A stretch of DNA of 64,000 nucleotides from Anthoceros angustus (lineage: Eukaryota > Plantae > Anthocerotophyta): positions 1,550,001-1,614,000 of the forward strand of contig MU008162.1 of NCBI GenBank assembly GCA_010909165.1, in the 5' to 3' direction. Below, piece by piece: positions 1 through 12,679 of the stretch (its first letter is position 1; each line of letters starts with the position of its first letter). The position numbers were made by a program, and so were the translations under genes. The notes below the pieces were generated by a model. It did not search any database, had not been told where the DNA came from, and was given only the letters and a program-made list of their open reading frames with translations.

Positions 1-14
1 CACGTTTTTCTCCA

Positions 15-150
15 TAGTTGACTAGCCAAAAGGTGTTTTTCTTAGTAGTTCGAAGCTCAACGAATATTTTTAATGGTGCTCCTTAGCCAATTTATGGAAG
101 AATTTTTTCTTAGAACCCCCTTGAACTAAGCATAACTTTTTTTCTCAACG
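15..150. repeat. Copy of the upstream module of the AT-rich RING gene family
   Basis: atagttgactagccaaaaggtgttttt matches gatagtttgactagccaaaagaagttttt (~50741) and gatagtttgactacccaaaagaagttttt (~53368), which both lie upstream of minus-strand RING genes. Confidence 0.55.
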
Positions 151-254
151 ACGAACGAATAGCATAATTGACACAACACTTTGTTCGGTCCATTTTCAAA
201 AACCATGATCCTAACACTGCCAAGTATACTATGTTCAAATAATGTCTCTTAACC

Positions 255-547
255 CTACAAGGACAAGTCTACTTTTATGGTTATGACTAATATGTACCTC
301 AGTTTCTCATCTGTGTTATGGACCAAAAATTATGTTCTAATGGATAAAGATAACGAGTGGCAGCTAACGAAGCAATTTTTTTAATTTCATCCAGAAAACT
401 ACACTCCATGGCTTCATCACCATTATACATCCTTCTGGTTGTGTGCTACATGACTTCATCACCATGATACATCCTTGTAGTCGTGTTGAATCTTCTTCTA
501 GTGGAATTCTTCTAATCCTTCCCGTGCTATAGCTATGATGCATCCAT
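255..547 (-). pseudogene. Degenerate member of the RING-H2/acidic-repeat family
   Basis: Reverse strand reads ATGGAT...RRFNTTTRMYHGDEVM*HTTRRMYNGDEAMECVF, then (shifted) LDEIKK...HNF...TCPCR. Paralogs at 47678 and 53224 read RRMFNVTRRMYNGDDVMDCTICLEEIK. Contains stops and frameshifts. Confidence 0.6.
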
Positions 548-880
548 CTAGTCCTTTCCTTGTTAGTTACTTAAGTTTCCGTACGATAATGACACTTTTC
601 ATTTATACTATATGTAGGATGGTTAGGTCAGGTAAACACTTCCAAGTCAAATATACTTCACTTGGGGTACATAGGTACTCACTTAGGATACTCACTTTGA
701 AATGTGAAAGCCGACGTCGGCTTTCGTGGCTCGTACTTTGTCATAGAGAGGCATCTGGCTTAGGCTTCACAGGGCTGTGGGAGGTGCGCGTGTGATGAGC
801 GTGTTGTTGGCAAGGACAGCTTTGTGTTTTACGGTGTGCTGTGGGAGGCGGTATGGTGTGGCATGTGGTGTGGCTACAGG

Positions 881-1250
881 TTTCCAGCCGAGACCTGATG
901 CACCAGTAAACAGTGCTGTTGGGACAAGATTGTCTTTGTGAGGTTTGCTGATTTGAACCATGCGGAAAACCATGTGATTTTCCAGCCGAGAGATGCACCA
1001 GTAGACAGTGCTATTGGGACAAGATTGTCCTTGTGAGGTTTGCTGATTTAAACCATCTAGAAAACCATGTGATTCCGCAATACTTCTTGTTCTTGTGAGT
1101 TTGTTGATTGGAAACCGTATGATTCCACAACATATGTCTTCTTTTTTGGATTTGGTATTTGGAAACCATGTGTAAAACCGTGTGATTCCACAACATATGT
1201 CTTCTTTTTTGGATTTGGTAATTGGAAACCATGTGTAAAACCATGTGATT
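881..1250. repeat. Two adjacent tandem duplications (~99 bp x2, ~62 bp x2)
   Basis: tttccagccgaga...gaaaaccatgtgatt starts at 881 and 980. gattccacaacatatgtcttcttttttggatttggta...aaaacc occurs twice between ~1120 and 1245. Confidence 0.8.
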
Positions 1251-1824
1251 TCGCAATGTTCATGTGCATGTCATTCCGCAACATGTGTACCGTGAATTCT
1301 CCATCTCCATGGCCGAAATTGCAAGCCTCGAGCTCACTCGAGGTTTTGCCGGTTTTGTTCGCTCCACATTGCCCATGTTGACATTGCATACCAGCTAGTA
1401 TTAGATGAACAAGGTGCCGCAGTGGTTGCGCAAACTACCATGGAGAAAATGTTCGGTTCATGGTGCTTAGAAGAGTATAGAAGTAACCGGCTGAGGTTGT
1501 CGCTAACTTAGGTGTTGGTGATCTATATAGCTTCCATTATTTCATGCAAATGGTAATTAACTAAGACATAGACTTTTAGGTGGCATGAATAAATGTATGA
1601 CCCTCATTGACCACATAGGAGGGGCATTCAAGTTTATCATGTCAAATAAATAAATATTTTAGAAATTAATGTGCTCTTATTATTTTATTATTTTAAAATT
1701 TCTAATAAATTTATATGATTATGATTATTTATATTGAAATAAACATTCAAAATCACCTATAATATCTATGATGTATGATATCGTAGTTTTTAGTGAATTC
1801 GACTAGGTATGTACATTTCACGAT

Positions 1825-2180
1825 TAGAGTACCTGAAGGGCCTTACATCATACATTATGTATTAGGCGGCACAGAAGGGCTATAGAACCTTACGGCAACA
1901 AAGCTTTTTGAGGGCGTGACAACAAAGATCATACATCGGGCGGCCCTGAAGGCCCTCAGAACCTTACAATAGCAGCCCTTTTTGCGGGCAAAATAGTAGA
2001 GCGAGCGAGACAACATAGATCATATATCGGGCAGCTCTGAAGGGCTTCAGAACCTTACAACATGAGCCTTTTTTGCGGGTGAGACAGTAGAGCTGACGAG
2101 ACAATAGATATTATATGTCACACGGCCCCGAAGCGCATTCTATAGCAGCCCTTTCTGCGGTTGAGACAATATAGACCATA
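1825..2180. repeat. Degenerate ~95-100 bp tandem repeat (3-4 units)
   Basis: Recurring ctgaaggg/ccctcagaaccttacaa...gccctttttgcggg...gagacaa.atagatcata motifs. Confidence 0.65.
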
Positions 2181-2506
2181 TATGGACGTCATCAAATCAC
2201 CACCAGGCCATGCATGACGGACTGCACAAAGGATGACAACATGACAAGCACACACTACATGCAGACATGACAACATGACAAGACACCACTAGGTGTTGAT
2301 GTGCCCAGTGGCCCCCCTGCCAAACTGCACCAGATAGATGTCGGATTGCGCATGAGGCCCCTCTCCCTCCCCTCCCTCCCATGAAGAATCCTCACAATTG
2401 AGCTACCTCAAGAGTCTATCTGAATCCACAAAAAAACACCAAGCTCAAACAAATAGTATACAATTAGCAAGCAGTTGTAAGTGAAGTTCATAGAATTGAG
2501 GCTAAG

Positions 2507-3178
2507 TCAAGACAGCAAAGAACTTGCCAAGCTTGTTGCTTCCTCTGTACAATCAATAAGAGCAAGCTCACATAAATTAAGCTCAAACCTATTAAACGTG
2601 ATGGATGCAAAAACCAGAGAACAAACCCTTCCAAATGAGCAGTTGGGCTCAAAGCAGGTCCGGGAGGTCTTAACCAAAGCACATAACCTAAGGGTAGCAC
2701 TGTCCATGAGCAGTTTCAGTGCATAGGCCAGCCAACTGACAACCCTGTGCAGCTTTTTCTCAACAAGGATGCCAAGGGCCATCAACCTAGGGATCTTCTG
2801 TCCCCCGGTACTAACTCGCTTGCCAGATACCTTGAAAACCAAGTCATCGATGTTCCTCCACTCCTTTTCTGAAAGCTTATCTGATCCCTTCCACCCATAA
2901 GCATCATTACCTGTTCCTGTTACCCCAAACCAGAGGGTAAGCACATCTTGGCCGCCCACTGCCTCCCTCAGTCCTTGCTGCAACTTGGTTTGGCGAATAT
3001 CCACTCCTTCCACCCGCAAGTTGTAGTCTCCTTCATGCCAACACCAAGCGGAACGCTTCTACTTTGGCAATGCCTCCAAGGCTTGACTCACACGCTGTGA
3101 CTGGCTTAACATGTTCTTGAAGGCACGCTTTTGATATCTCGAGATGCCTAATGTCTCCTCCTCATCAGAAGAAGCCAT
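2507..3178 (-). other. Interrupted ORF of unknown function (223 codons, one internal stop), probably TE-borne
   Basis: ATG at 3178 gives MASSDEEETLGISRYQKRAFKNMLSQSQRVSQALEALPK*KRSAWCWHEGDYN, in frame with the 2507-3019 ORF. No recognisable domain. Confidence 0.35.
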
Positions 3179-3189
3179 GTCACTCTAAC

Positions 3190-3660
3190 ACTTGAGCACC
3201 TCAACACCCACTCCAAGAACCTGCACATGTGCACATAAGAGCATTAAGAAGGCTCAAGTCCTTCACTGTTACACCGCACACAAGGGCATATCAGAGAAGC
3301 TGCACCTCGGCATCTGCTCCAACACCCTCACACTCCAGCACCTCACAGCCCCAAAACCTGCACATGTGCACACAAGACCGTTAAGCAGGCTCAAGTTCTT
3401 CACTACAACACCGCACACAAGGAGAAGCTGCACCTCGGCACCCACTCCAACAAAATCACAAGGCCAGTACCTCACAAGCCTAGCACCTGCACATGTGCAC
3501 ACAAGAGCATTAAGCAGGCTCAAGTCCTTCACTGTAACACTGCACATAAGGGCTGATCAGAGAAGCTGCACCTCGGCACCCACTCCAAGGCCATCACCTC
3601 ACAAGGCCAGCACCTCACAAGCCTAGCACGTGCACAAGTCCATTAAGCAAGCTCAATTAC
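3190..3660. repeat. ~135 bp tandem repeat, about 4 units
   Basis: cctgcacatgtgcac at 3220, 3357 and 3486, with a variant at ~3627. Each is followed by cattaagcaggctcaagt. Confidence 0.85.
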
Positions 3661-3689
3661 TTCACTTTAGCACAACACACAAAGGTTGA

Positions 3690-4745
3690 TTCCAGAAGCC
3701 ACAAAACGCTGATTGCCACACAGAAGGCACATTACCTACAAAACTGCACACATACAAGCGCTGATTCCAACCGCCGCAGCTCAAGCTTGCATGTGGTGAG
3801 CCCACATCCTGCACATAAGGGAAGGGAGGGCTTCTATAAGAAGCCCCACATAGCTCACATGGAAGCACAAAGGCACACACCGCATAGAAGGCTGTTTAGC
3901 CACAAAACTGCACATAAGGCCGCAACTCGAGCTTGTATGTGGTGAGCCCGCGTCATGTACATAAGGGACCGATTACTCTGGCCCTTGTGGCTTGCTTCTA
4001 TTGTGAAGCCCTTCAGGGTTACCTGATATGTGGGTGTAAGCATGGTTTGGTGATACACTTTAATACCATATGGATTGGTACACTTGGTTACTTTGAAAAG
4101 AAGAGAGAGATGTGAGAGAGTGAATTTAAGTTTTTATTAAATAATATTTCAATGTATTTAACTTTTACTTTTATATACTTTTATATTTACTAATATTTTA
4201 CTTTGATATACTTTACTTTTACTTCAGTTCTCTTTTTATCCGGTGGTAAGTCAATCAGTCGCTTACCCCAATTTCGACCTTACGCGTGGACGCACTCCCG
4301 CTGTTGCCATCCCGAGCTCAGTGTTGAGTTGATCCTTCGACCCTGAGACAAAGCCAGGATGCATCTCCTGCACTTGCTCGCCCACATTCAGCTGACAATC
4401 GCGCCCAAGATGCGGGCTCAACACATCGCGCGCTCGAGCTCTGGCAATTGTAATCAACCCTTGTGTGCAGTTTTGTAGGTAATTAGTTTTGTGTGCAGGA
4501 AATGGGCTCATACTATCGCAAGTTCAAGCTCTGGTAGTTGTATCAGCGCTTGTGTGCAGTTTTGTGGGTAATTGGGCTTGTGTGCGGCCATTAGCGATAG
4601 CCTAGTGTGTGGCGATCCGCATTGTGTGAGGTAATCAGCCTTGTATGCAATTTTGTGGGTGATCAGCTGTCTTGTATGCACGAATCAGCCGTTTGTGCAT
4701 ATCTCATACTTGTGTGCAATTTTGTGGCTAAACAGCCTTGTGTCC
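3690..4745. repeat. Oppositely oriented arrays of a ttgtgtgcagttttgtgg motif around an AT-rich spacer
   Basis: ggctgtttagccacaaaactgcaca (~3891-3915) is the near reverse complement of tgtgcaattttgtggctaaacagcc (~4713-4737). acaaaactgcaca..caagcgctgat (~3738) mirrors atcagcgcttgtgtgcagttttgt (~4542). Confidence 0.55.
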
Positions 4746-5459
4746 TAGCAGTGATCGGTCCATAGAGTTGCTTAACCATGGAGTTCCAATGAGCTCTCTT
4801 GGCCAGTGTTCACTCTTGAAGGGAGGACAAAGGTTGATTCCATGTCTCTTGCTTGAAAGACTATTATCCTACATGTTGGACTACAAACACTCATTTAATG
4901 ATATCGTAGTTGAGAAGATACAATGTAAAAACTCATAAAAGGGTCTCAAAGAATATCCTCCAAGTGAGAGTAGAAGAAGAGAATTTTCTTGAAGTCCACA
5001 AAGGACCTACCTACATATGTAACCACATTGAAGAGGAGCATGGTAAGTGCAATAATAGGAATATATATCCAGAGGTGGAATAAAATGGGGATAAAGTGGG
5101 AGAGAAATTGGAAGGTTTGGCTTGCCTGGCAGGTTTTACGGACGGGGGGTTATTCTGTGGCGGTCCCTCCGGCAGGATCCGGAGGGCCAATGGGCGAGCT
5201 GCCCGCCCAATCCGCCACATTTCTGCACCACAGTTGCTGATCGCTGATTTTTTCCTCCTGCAACGCACGGCGTGGAGGTTGCAGATTCCCTTTCCCGAAT
5301 GTCTGACAGGGGAAGGGGCACTGCCATCAATCCTGTGCTGCAGCAACGAACTCCTCACAAATGAGCGCAGCCCGGAAGCTGAAACTGAGCTGAGAGCCTA
5401 TCTGAAGAGAGAGCCCAGCTGAGAGCTAGCGTAGAGGCCGGGCTGGACGGGGCTTCAGG

Positions 5460-8400
5460 ATGATGCGAGCGACAGCGGCCAGCTCGCCATGTGTGGCAGC
5501 CTCGGCCGAGAGCCTGAGGAAATGCAGCCGTTCGGGAGGCCAGCAGATGCAGTTGGCCTCTGGGTGGGTGAAGGGAGCTGGGCTGGTGCAGCGGGATGGG
5601 AAGGTCCGGATGTTGGGGAAGTTGGGTGGTGGGAGCGGGAGGGGGAATGGTGGGCTTGATGCCAGGGCGATGATGGGCGGTAATGGGTTGTTCACCCAGA
5701 CCAGGCCAGACGTGAGGCGCATTGTGCCGGAGGCCAAGCCCGGGGTGCCGGTGGTGAAAGTGGTGTACGTGGTGCTGGAAGCGCAGTACCAGGCCTCGCT
5801 GTCCGCGGCGGTGAGGAGCATCAACCGCAGCAGGAGCGACGTGCGGGTGGAGGTTGTGGGGTACTTGGTGGAGGAGCTTCGGGACAAGGACAATTACGCC
5901 ATGCTGAAGAAGGATCTGGCGGACGCTAACATCTTCATCGGGTCGCTCATTTTCGTGGAGGAGCTGGCGGTGAAGGTGCGGGAGGCGGTGGAGGCGGAGC
6001 GGGATAGGTTGGATGCGATTCTTGTGTTTCCGTCCATGCCGGAGGTGATGCGGTTGAACAAGGTGGGTACCTTTACTATGGCGTCGCTGGGGCAGTCCAA
6101 GAGCGCCATCGCTCAGTTCATGCGGCGGAAGCGGAAGGAGGCTGGAAGTGGGTTCGAGGAGGCTATGTTGAAGCTCATTCGGACACTCCCGGAGATTCTG
6201 AAGTATCTGCCCAGTGACAAGGCGCAGGACGTGAGGAATTTCATGATGAGCTTGCAGTTTTGGCTGGGGGGGTCTCCGGAGAATTTGGAGAACTTCTTGC
6301 TCATGATATCCGGGGCTTACGTCCCTGCCTTGGCTGGGACGAAGTTGGAATTCAGTGACCCGGTTGTGTTTTTGGACACTGGGATATGGCATCCGTTGGC
6401 TCCTTGTATGTATAGTGATGTGAAGGAGTATTTGAATTGGTATCAGACGAGGAGGGATGTGAATCCTAAGCTGAAGGATCCGGAAGGTCCTTGTGTTGGG
6501 CTCATCTGTCAGAGGAGCCACATTGTGACTGGAGATGATGGGCATTATGCAGCTGTGGTGATGGAGTTGGAGGCTAGGGGGGCGAAGGTGATACCCATTT
6601 TTGCGGGGGGGTTGGATTTTTCGGGACCTGTGAAAAAGTTTCTGTACAATCCTATTTCGAAGAAGCCCATGGTGCATGCTGTGGTGTCGCTTACTGGGTT
6701 CGCGTTAGTGGGAGGGCCTGCCAGCCAGGACCATCCTAAGGCTATCCAGGCTCTGCAGGAGCTGGATGTGCCTTACCTTGTTGCTCTGCCTCTGGTGTTT
6801 CAGACCACGGAGGAGTGGCTGGAGAGTACTCTCGGGTTGCACCCTATTCAGGTTGCTCTGCAGGTTGCCCTGCCTGAGCTGGACGGGGGCATGGAGCCCA
6901 TTGTGTTCTCGGGGCGTGACAGCCGGACGGGGAAGTCGCATGCGCTGCATGACCGAGTGAGCCAGCTTTGCACCAGGGCTGTGAAGTGGGCTGAGCTGAA
7001 GCGGATGCCGAAGGCGGAGAAGAAGTTGGCCATTACTGTTTTCAGCTTCCCTCCTGACAAGGGGAACGTGGGTACGGCTGCTTATCTCAACGTTTTTGCT
7101 TCCATCTACAGTGTGATGAAGGAGTTGCAGGCTGATGGTTACAATGTCGATGGGCTGCCTGAGACTGCGGAGGGGTTGATCCAGGAGATCATCCATGATA
7201 AGGAGGCCAGGTTCAACAGCCCTGACCTGAACATTGCGTACAGAATGCCTGTCCGGGAGTACGAACGCTTGACCCCATACTCCAAGCTGCTGGAGGAGAG
7301 CTGGGGTAAGGCTCCGGGGACGTTGAACTCTGACGGCCAAAATCTGCTTGTCTATGGCAAGCAGTATGGCAACATTTTCATTGGAGTGCAGCCCACGTTC
7401 GGGTATGAAGGCGATCCCATGCGCTTGCTGTTTTCCAACTCGGCCAGCCCGCACCACGGGTTTGCTGCCTTTTACTCTTACCTGGAGAAGGTCTTTGGTG
7501 CCAACGCCGTGTTGCATTTTGGTACCCATGGCTCTCTGGAGTTCATGCCTGGGAAGCAGGTTGGTATGAGCGATGTGTGTTACCCTGATACTTTGATCGG
7601 GAACATCCCCAATATTTACTACTACGCTGCCAACAACCCCTCCGAGGCAACCATTGCGAAAAGGAGGAGCTATGCTAACACCATCAGCTACCTGACGCCT
7701 CCTGCGGAGAATGCAGGGCTGTACAAGGGTCTGAAGCAGCTGAGTGAACTCATTTCTTCATACCAGTCTCTAAAGGACTCAGGAAGGGGTCCTCAGATTG
7801 TGAGCTCTGTCATCAGTACTGCGAAGCAGTGCAACTTGGACAAGGACATTGTCTTCCCTGATGAAAACCAGGAGCTGTCGGCTGAGGAGAGGGATCTCGT
7901 GGTTGGGAAGGTGTATGGGAAGCTGATGGAGATTGAATCCCGATTGCTGCCTTGCGGTCTGCATGTCATCGGTGAGCCGCCCAGTGCTATGGAGGCTGTG
8001 GCCACTCTTGTGAACATAGCTGCTATCGACCGACCTGAGGAGAACATTTTCGGGCTACCAGGAATTCTGGCTCAGGCTGTTGGAAGGGAAATCGAGGATG
8101 TGTACAGGTCCAGCGACAAGGGGACTTTGGCTGACGTGAATCTCCTGAACGAGATCACTCAGACTTCGAGGGATGCGGTGTCTGCCTTCGTGGCGAAGAC
8201 AACGAATAACAAGGGGCAGGTGGTGAATGTGGCCGAGAAGCTGGGATCCCTGTTCGGCCTGGGGAGGAGGGAGCCCTGGTTAGAGGCTCTCAAGAAGACG
8301 AGGTTCCAGAAAGCAGATGAAGAGAAGCTGCGGACTCTCTTCGAGTTTCTCAACTTCTGCTTGAAGCAGGTTGTGGCGGACAACGAACTGGGTGGGTTGA

Positions 8401-9671
8401 AGCAAGCTCTGGAAGGAAGGTTCGTGGAACCCGGCCCGGGAGGGGATCCTATCAGGAACCCCAAGGTGCTGCCGACAGGGAGGAACATCCATGCCCTCGA
8501 CCCTCAGGCCATCCCTACATCTGCCGCCCTGCAGAGTGCAAAGATAGTTGTGGATCGGCTGCTGGAGAGACAGAAGGTGGAGAACGGTGGGAAGTACCCT
8601 GAGACCATAGCACTGGTGCTGTGGGGAACAGACAACATCAAGACTTATGGTGAGTCTTTGGCCCAGGTGTTGTGGATGGTGGGTGCGAAGCCTGTCCCGG
8701 ATGCCCTGGGCAGGGTGAACAAGGTGGAGCCTGTGCCTCTGGAGGAGTTAGGCAGGCCTCGTGTTGATGTGGTGGTGAACTGCTCCGGTGTCTTCAGAGA
8801 TCTCTTCATCAACCAGATGAACTTGCTGGACAGGGCGGTAAAGATGGTAGCCGAGCTGGATGAGCCAGAGGACATGAACTTTGTGCGGAAGCATGCTCGG
8901 CAGCAGGCTGAAGCTCTGAACATCAGCCTCAGGGAGGCAGCGACAAGAATATACTCCAATGCATCTGGCTCTTACTCTTCCAACGTCAACCTGGCTGTTG
9001 AGAACTCTTCTTGGAACGATGAGAAGCAGCTCCAGGACATGTACTTGTCGCGGAAGTCCTTTGCCTTTGATTCGGACACACCTGGAGCAGGGATGATGGA
9101 GAAGAGGAGTGTGTTTGAGGCTGCTTTGGCCACTGCAGATGCCACTTTCCAGAACCTGGATTCCTCTGAGATCTCCTTGACTGATGTTAGTCACTACTTC
9201 GACTCAGATCCAACTAAGCTTGTCCAGAGCCTGAGGACAGATAAGAAGAAGCCCAATGCCTACATAGCCGACACCACCACTGCCAATGCGCAGGTGAGGT
9301 CCTTGGCAGAGACAGTGAGACTAGATGCCCGTACCAAGATGTTGAACCCCAAGTGGTACGAAGGGATGTTGGCCAGTGGTTATGAAGGAGTCCGGGAGAT
9401 CGAGAAGCGGCTGACGAACACCATGGGCTGGAGCGCAACTTCTGGTCAGGTCGACAACTGGGTGTACGAGGAGGCCAACTCTACCTTCATCGAGGACGAG
9501 GCCATGCAGAAGAGGTTGCTGGAGACCAACCCCAACTCCTTCCGCAAGCTTGTGGCAACCTTCCTTGAGGCAAATGGCAGAGGCTACTGGGAGACTTCCG
9601 AGGAGAACTTGGATAAGCTGAGGCAGCTGTACGCAGAGGTTGAAGACAAGATAGAAGGTGTGGACAGGTGA
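5460..9671 (+). CDS. CHLH: Magnesium chelatase subunit H (GUN5), chloroplast, intronless, 1403 aa
   Basis: Single uninterrupted ORF with a transit-peptide-like N-terminus and CobN/ChlH motifs ([59 protein letters not shown]). Confidence 0.98.
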   Translation: MMRATAASSPCVAASAESLRKCSRSGGQQMQLASGWVKGAGLVQRDGKVRMLGKLGGGSGRGNGGLDARAMMGGNGLFTQTRPDVRRIVPEAKPGVPVVKVVYVVLEAQYQASLSAAVRSINRSRSDVRVEVVGYLVEELRDKDNYAMLKKDLADANIFIGSLIFVEELAVKVREAVEAERDRLDAILVFPSMPEVMRLNKVGTFTMASLGQSKSAIAQFMRRKRKEAGSGFEEAMLKLIRTLPEILKYLPSDKAQDVRNFMMSLQFWLGGSPENLENFLLMISGAYVPALAGTKLEFSDPVVFLDTGIWHPLAPCMYSDVKEYLNWYQTRRDVNPKLKDPEGPCVGLICQRSHIVTGDDGHYAAVVMELEARGAKVIPIFAGGLDFSGPVKKFLYNPISKKPMVHAVVSLTGFALVGGPASQDHPKAIQALQELDVPYLVALPLVFQTTEEWLESTLGLHPIQVALQVALPELDGGMEPIVFSGRDSRTGKSHALHDRVSQLCTRAVKWAELKRMPKAEKKLAITVFSFPPDKGNVGTAAYLNVFASIYSVMKELQADGYNVDGLPETAEGLIQEIIHDKEARFNSPDLNIAYRMPVREYERLTPYSKLLEESWGKAPGTLNSDGQNLLVYGKQYGNIFIGVQPTFGYEGDPMRLLFSNSASPHHGFAAFYSYLEKVFGANAVLHFGTHGSLEFMPGKQVGMSDVCYPDTLIGNIPNIYYYAANNPSEATIAKRRSYANTISYLTPPAENAGLYKGLKQLSELISSYQSLKDSGRGPQIVSSVISTAKQCNLDKDIVFPDENQELSAEERDLVVGKVYGKLMEIESRLLPCGLHVIGEPPSAMEAVATLVNIAAIDRPEENIFGLPGILAQAVGREIEDVYRSSDKGTLADVNLLNEITQTSRDAVSAFVAKTTNNKGQVVNVAEKLGSLFGLGRREPWLEALKKTRFQKADEEKLRTLFEFLNFCLKQVVADNELGGLKQALEGRFVEPGPGGDPIRNPKVLPTGRNIHALDPQAIPTSAALQSAKIVVDRLLERQKVENGGKYPETIALVLWGTDNIKTYGESLAQVLWMVGAKPVPDALGRVNKVEPVPLEELGRPRVDVVVNCSGVFRDLFINQMNLLDRAVKMVAELDEPEDMNFVRKHARQQAEALNISLREAATRIYSNASGSYSSNVNLAVENSSWNDEKQLQDMYLSRKSFAFDSDTPGAGMMEKRSVFEAALATADATFQNLDSSEISLTDVSHYFDSDPTKLVQSLRTDKKKPNAYIADTTTANAQVRSLAETVRLDARTKMLNPKWYEGMLASGYEGVREIEKRLTNTMGWSATSGQVDNWVYEEANSTFIEDEAMQKRLLETNPNSFRKLVATFLEANGRGYWETSEENLDKLRQLYAEVEDKIEGVDR

Positions 9672-10084
9672 TTCTTATCTTGCTCCCCCTTCTTGCTTGC
9701 TGCTGCCTCATCATCAACAAGGCAGCTTATCCGATACATAGCTGCCTCTGTGTACATCACATACATGTAGGTGCACTTTCCAGAATCACAAATTTGCTTC
9801 ATCCGAAACCCGGATGTAATTATCGCTGTAGTGTCGTTGTTCTCTACTAAAGCACACGTCCCAAACCTGTGCCTGTCTGCTTTCTAAGCGAGGGAAAGAA
9901 GGTTCATCCAGTTAGATGCTCTCATCAAAATCCATCAGTAACCTATACACAGGGTCAAGAATCATGCGTGTAGGTTAATAATTGACATCTGTGGAAAGTT
10001 GGGATGGAAAATATGCAATCTTTCCTCATAACTCTGCTGACGTTTGACCCACCGAGATCGAGCCCTTTTGACTCAGGTGTTTCC

Positions 10085-10397
10085 ACATTGTCACGACATC
10101 GATCCATTCAGATCGAGTTTTTCAATCTATGTTTACTAATACTATATATAATTTTTGTGTAACACTAATTCAGACGAATGTGGTCTTTTTAGAGAATTTT
10201 GCCTCTTCATTGTACAAAGTATTGAAAACTTTTGACCAACCTCCTTGTCACAATATCGACCCACTTAGATCGAGTTTTTTAATCTCTGTCTTTTGATACT
10301 ATTTATAAATTTTAAATAACACTAATAAATACTAACGTAATCTTTTGAGGAGAATTTGGCCTCTACATTGTTCAAAGTATTGAAAACTTTTAACAAA
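10085..10397. repeat. ~157 bp degenerate tandem duplication, AT-rich
   Basis: ttgtcac.a.atcga.cca.t.agatcgagtttt...aaagtattgaaaactttt occurs twice. Confidence 0.7.
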
Positions 10398-10884
10398 AAA
10401 ATATAGTCTCGACGTGAAAGATTTTTTTCGAAAACTTACAAACCAGTCAAAAAATACAGGAGCCATTATTGATGGTATGGTCCAGGTTTTTAACCATTGG
10501 AAAACTCTTTATTAGACTATGTTAGTTCTTTATTTCAAATATAAATAAAATATATTAATATTATTTGATTAAAAACCTGGACAATCCCATGAGTACCCAG
10601 GTAGTGATGGGCTACGTTTCCTGTCCAATTATAAAAAATGTCATAATGTAGATGCCACAATAAAGCACCATATACACAGGGCACTCCGATCTTCTAAACA
10701 ACAAAGGATGCCTCTTCTCGGGTGGAGTGTCCTTTAAGCGTGACGGAGCTCCGTTCAGTTTTTCGGCTTGGTCACCTCGTGGAACCTGCATCCCATGTCA
10801 GAAAGAGGGACGAAATTGTTAAACATGCCAAATGCGCTTACTAAAGCACCAGTGTCAGCTGGATATCGAACGCTTACCAAGTAC

Positions 10885-12679
10885 CTAGAGCCGAGCGTAG
10901 TATGTCTTAGGGTCTACAACCTTGATTCCAACGTTGCTCTTTGGACAGGATTTGAACTTCGGCTCGTGGCGGTATACCTCAGAGTTCCTTGGAACTCCAA
11001 AATCATCTCCTTGTCCAAATGAGCCCACTTTGTTGAAATTGGGGTAGTTCCCACTGATCCGGTTGTATTTTAGTGAGTTTATCTTGTCAACGCAGGTCAC
11101 CTTCTCGCAGCTTCTGTAGCCGGGAGTATATTCGCCTGCATTCACCAGTGTTAACGTGACATCGTTGGCGGTCGGCAAGCCACTGCACGACCCTGTCCGG
11201 GAGGGAGGTTCAGATCCTCGCGGGTTGCAGTTCTCGCCGTTGATACTCCTGATAGAGCAGAAGTTGTTCAACCAAGGGTAGAGCTGCACACAAAAGCAGT
11301 ATAACGTGGTCAGACCTAAAGTTGCTCACAGTTTTCGGTTCTAAGGATGGCTCTCTTTGCCACGAACATATTTGCCATCCAGGTGGATACTTACTTTCTG
11401 ATAAGTAGCGCTGTTATAGTATTTTCTTCGCATAGATTCCCAAGAAGTGCCTGGATCCGACAGGCAATTGTTGACCCAGTAATTCTGACAGCTGATCCAC
11501 CCACTCTCCCCACTTGGAGAGGAGATGATCAACCCAGTTACTTTGTTGGAGTGACCTGTGTTGAGCTTCAAGCCGTTCAGATTCAGATGACAAACTCCAC
11601 CATCGATTGTGATCCCAGAGCTTGCCCAGTCCAGGTACAGGCAGTGCTCCCCTCCAATAATGTAATTGCAGCTCAAGTAGTTCCCCACATTAAGCCAATG
11701 CGTACCAAAGTAGATGCCCGTGTTGTCAGCGATCTTCCTTTCGTGAGGCGCTGTGTAGATGACGTTGTCACTGATAGTGGTCAGCATGCAGTCCCCCACA
11801 TTGTGCTGCCCCAACCCACACCTGATGGCGCTGAAGCCAAAATTATGGATGTAGTTGTTCACAATAGAAACCCCCACAGCCCCAAACAGCAGCCAGATGG
11901 CATTGTCGCTCCCACTGATGTCATTGTTGGAGATGACAGTGCCAGACCTCCTGTGGGCAGGCCCATCCCCGCAGTCCCCAATCCTCAAGCCTGTATCCCA
12001 CTCATAGCCCCTGATGGTGACAGAATCCACCAGGCTCGACTCCGCTTGCCAAAGATCCAGACGGCCATTTATCAATCCCTGCAATCAGGATATCCACACA
12101 CTCTCGTAAACTGCGAAGACTTGCCCAGTCACTGGATTTGGAAAGGTCAATTATACAAACTCTACTCACACAGTGGCACTCAAATGCACCCCTCTCAAAT
12201 ATCCAGAATCCCTCTTATCTACCAAGATACACAGTCTCAAAAGAGATGTAAAACGAGATGATACCATGGTAAGCAGCACGTTGTAAACAGTACAAAGATA
12301 CACAGCTGGGCAGCCCTGGTATTTACTGCCAATCTCTGCACTAACAGCTGGGCAGCCTTTCGGTGAGTCTCTCCAAGCGTTGATCTTGAAGTTTACCCCT
12401 GTGACAAGCACGTGGCTAGCACCCTCCACGTAGAGTGCGGGCGACCGGTCGTTGGACACGACCGTTACTGGCTTGCCGGCGGACCGGATGACTGTGCAGC
12501 TGTAACCGGAGCCTACCAGACGCAGCGGGCCTGGATTGGTCCACAAAACCAGCGTCACCAGCTCGGTCGGGGGATGCCGAAGGCGCTGAGCCACGTCCGC
12601 CGCCTTTCGGACCGAGATGGTCACTCCTTTTGACTGGCATTTCACTCCTGCGGCAGTCCACGAACAAAGGTCATCCCTC
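10885..12679 (-). CDS. Right-handed parallel beta-helix (pectin-lyase-fold) protein, bacterial-like; 5' exon(s) unresolved
   Basis: Three exons join in frame at GT-AG introns (12679-12265, 12078-11395, 11283-10885). Repeated Asn/Gly/Ile beta-helix turns: VISNNDISG, SIVNNYIHN, ISDNVIY, DNTGIYFGTHWLNVGNYLSCNYI, LYLDWASSGITIDG. Confidence 0.75.

Noticed and set aside
5355-7529. Long antisense ORFs (440 aa, 274 aa) opposite CHLH
   Set aside because: Expected shadows of a GC-rich, codon-biased gene; no domain-like content.
11347-12261. 304-aa plus-strand ORF
   Set aside because: Antisense to the spliced beta-helix gene, which has the coherent motifs and splice sites.
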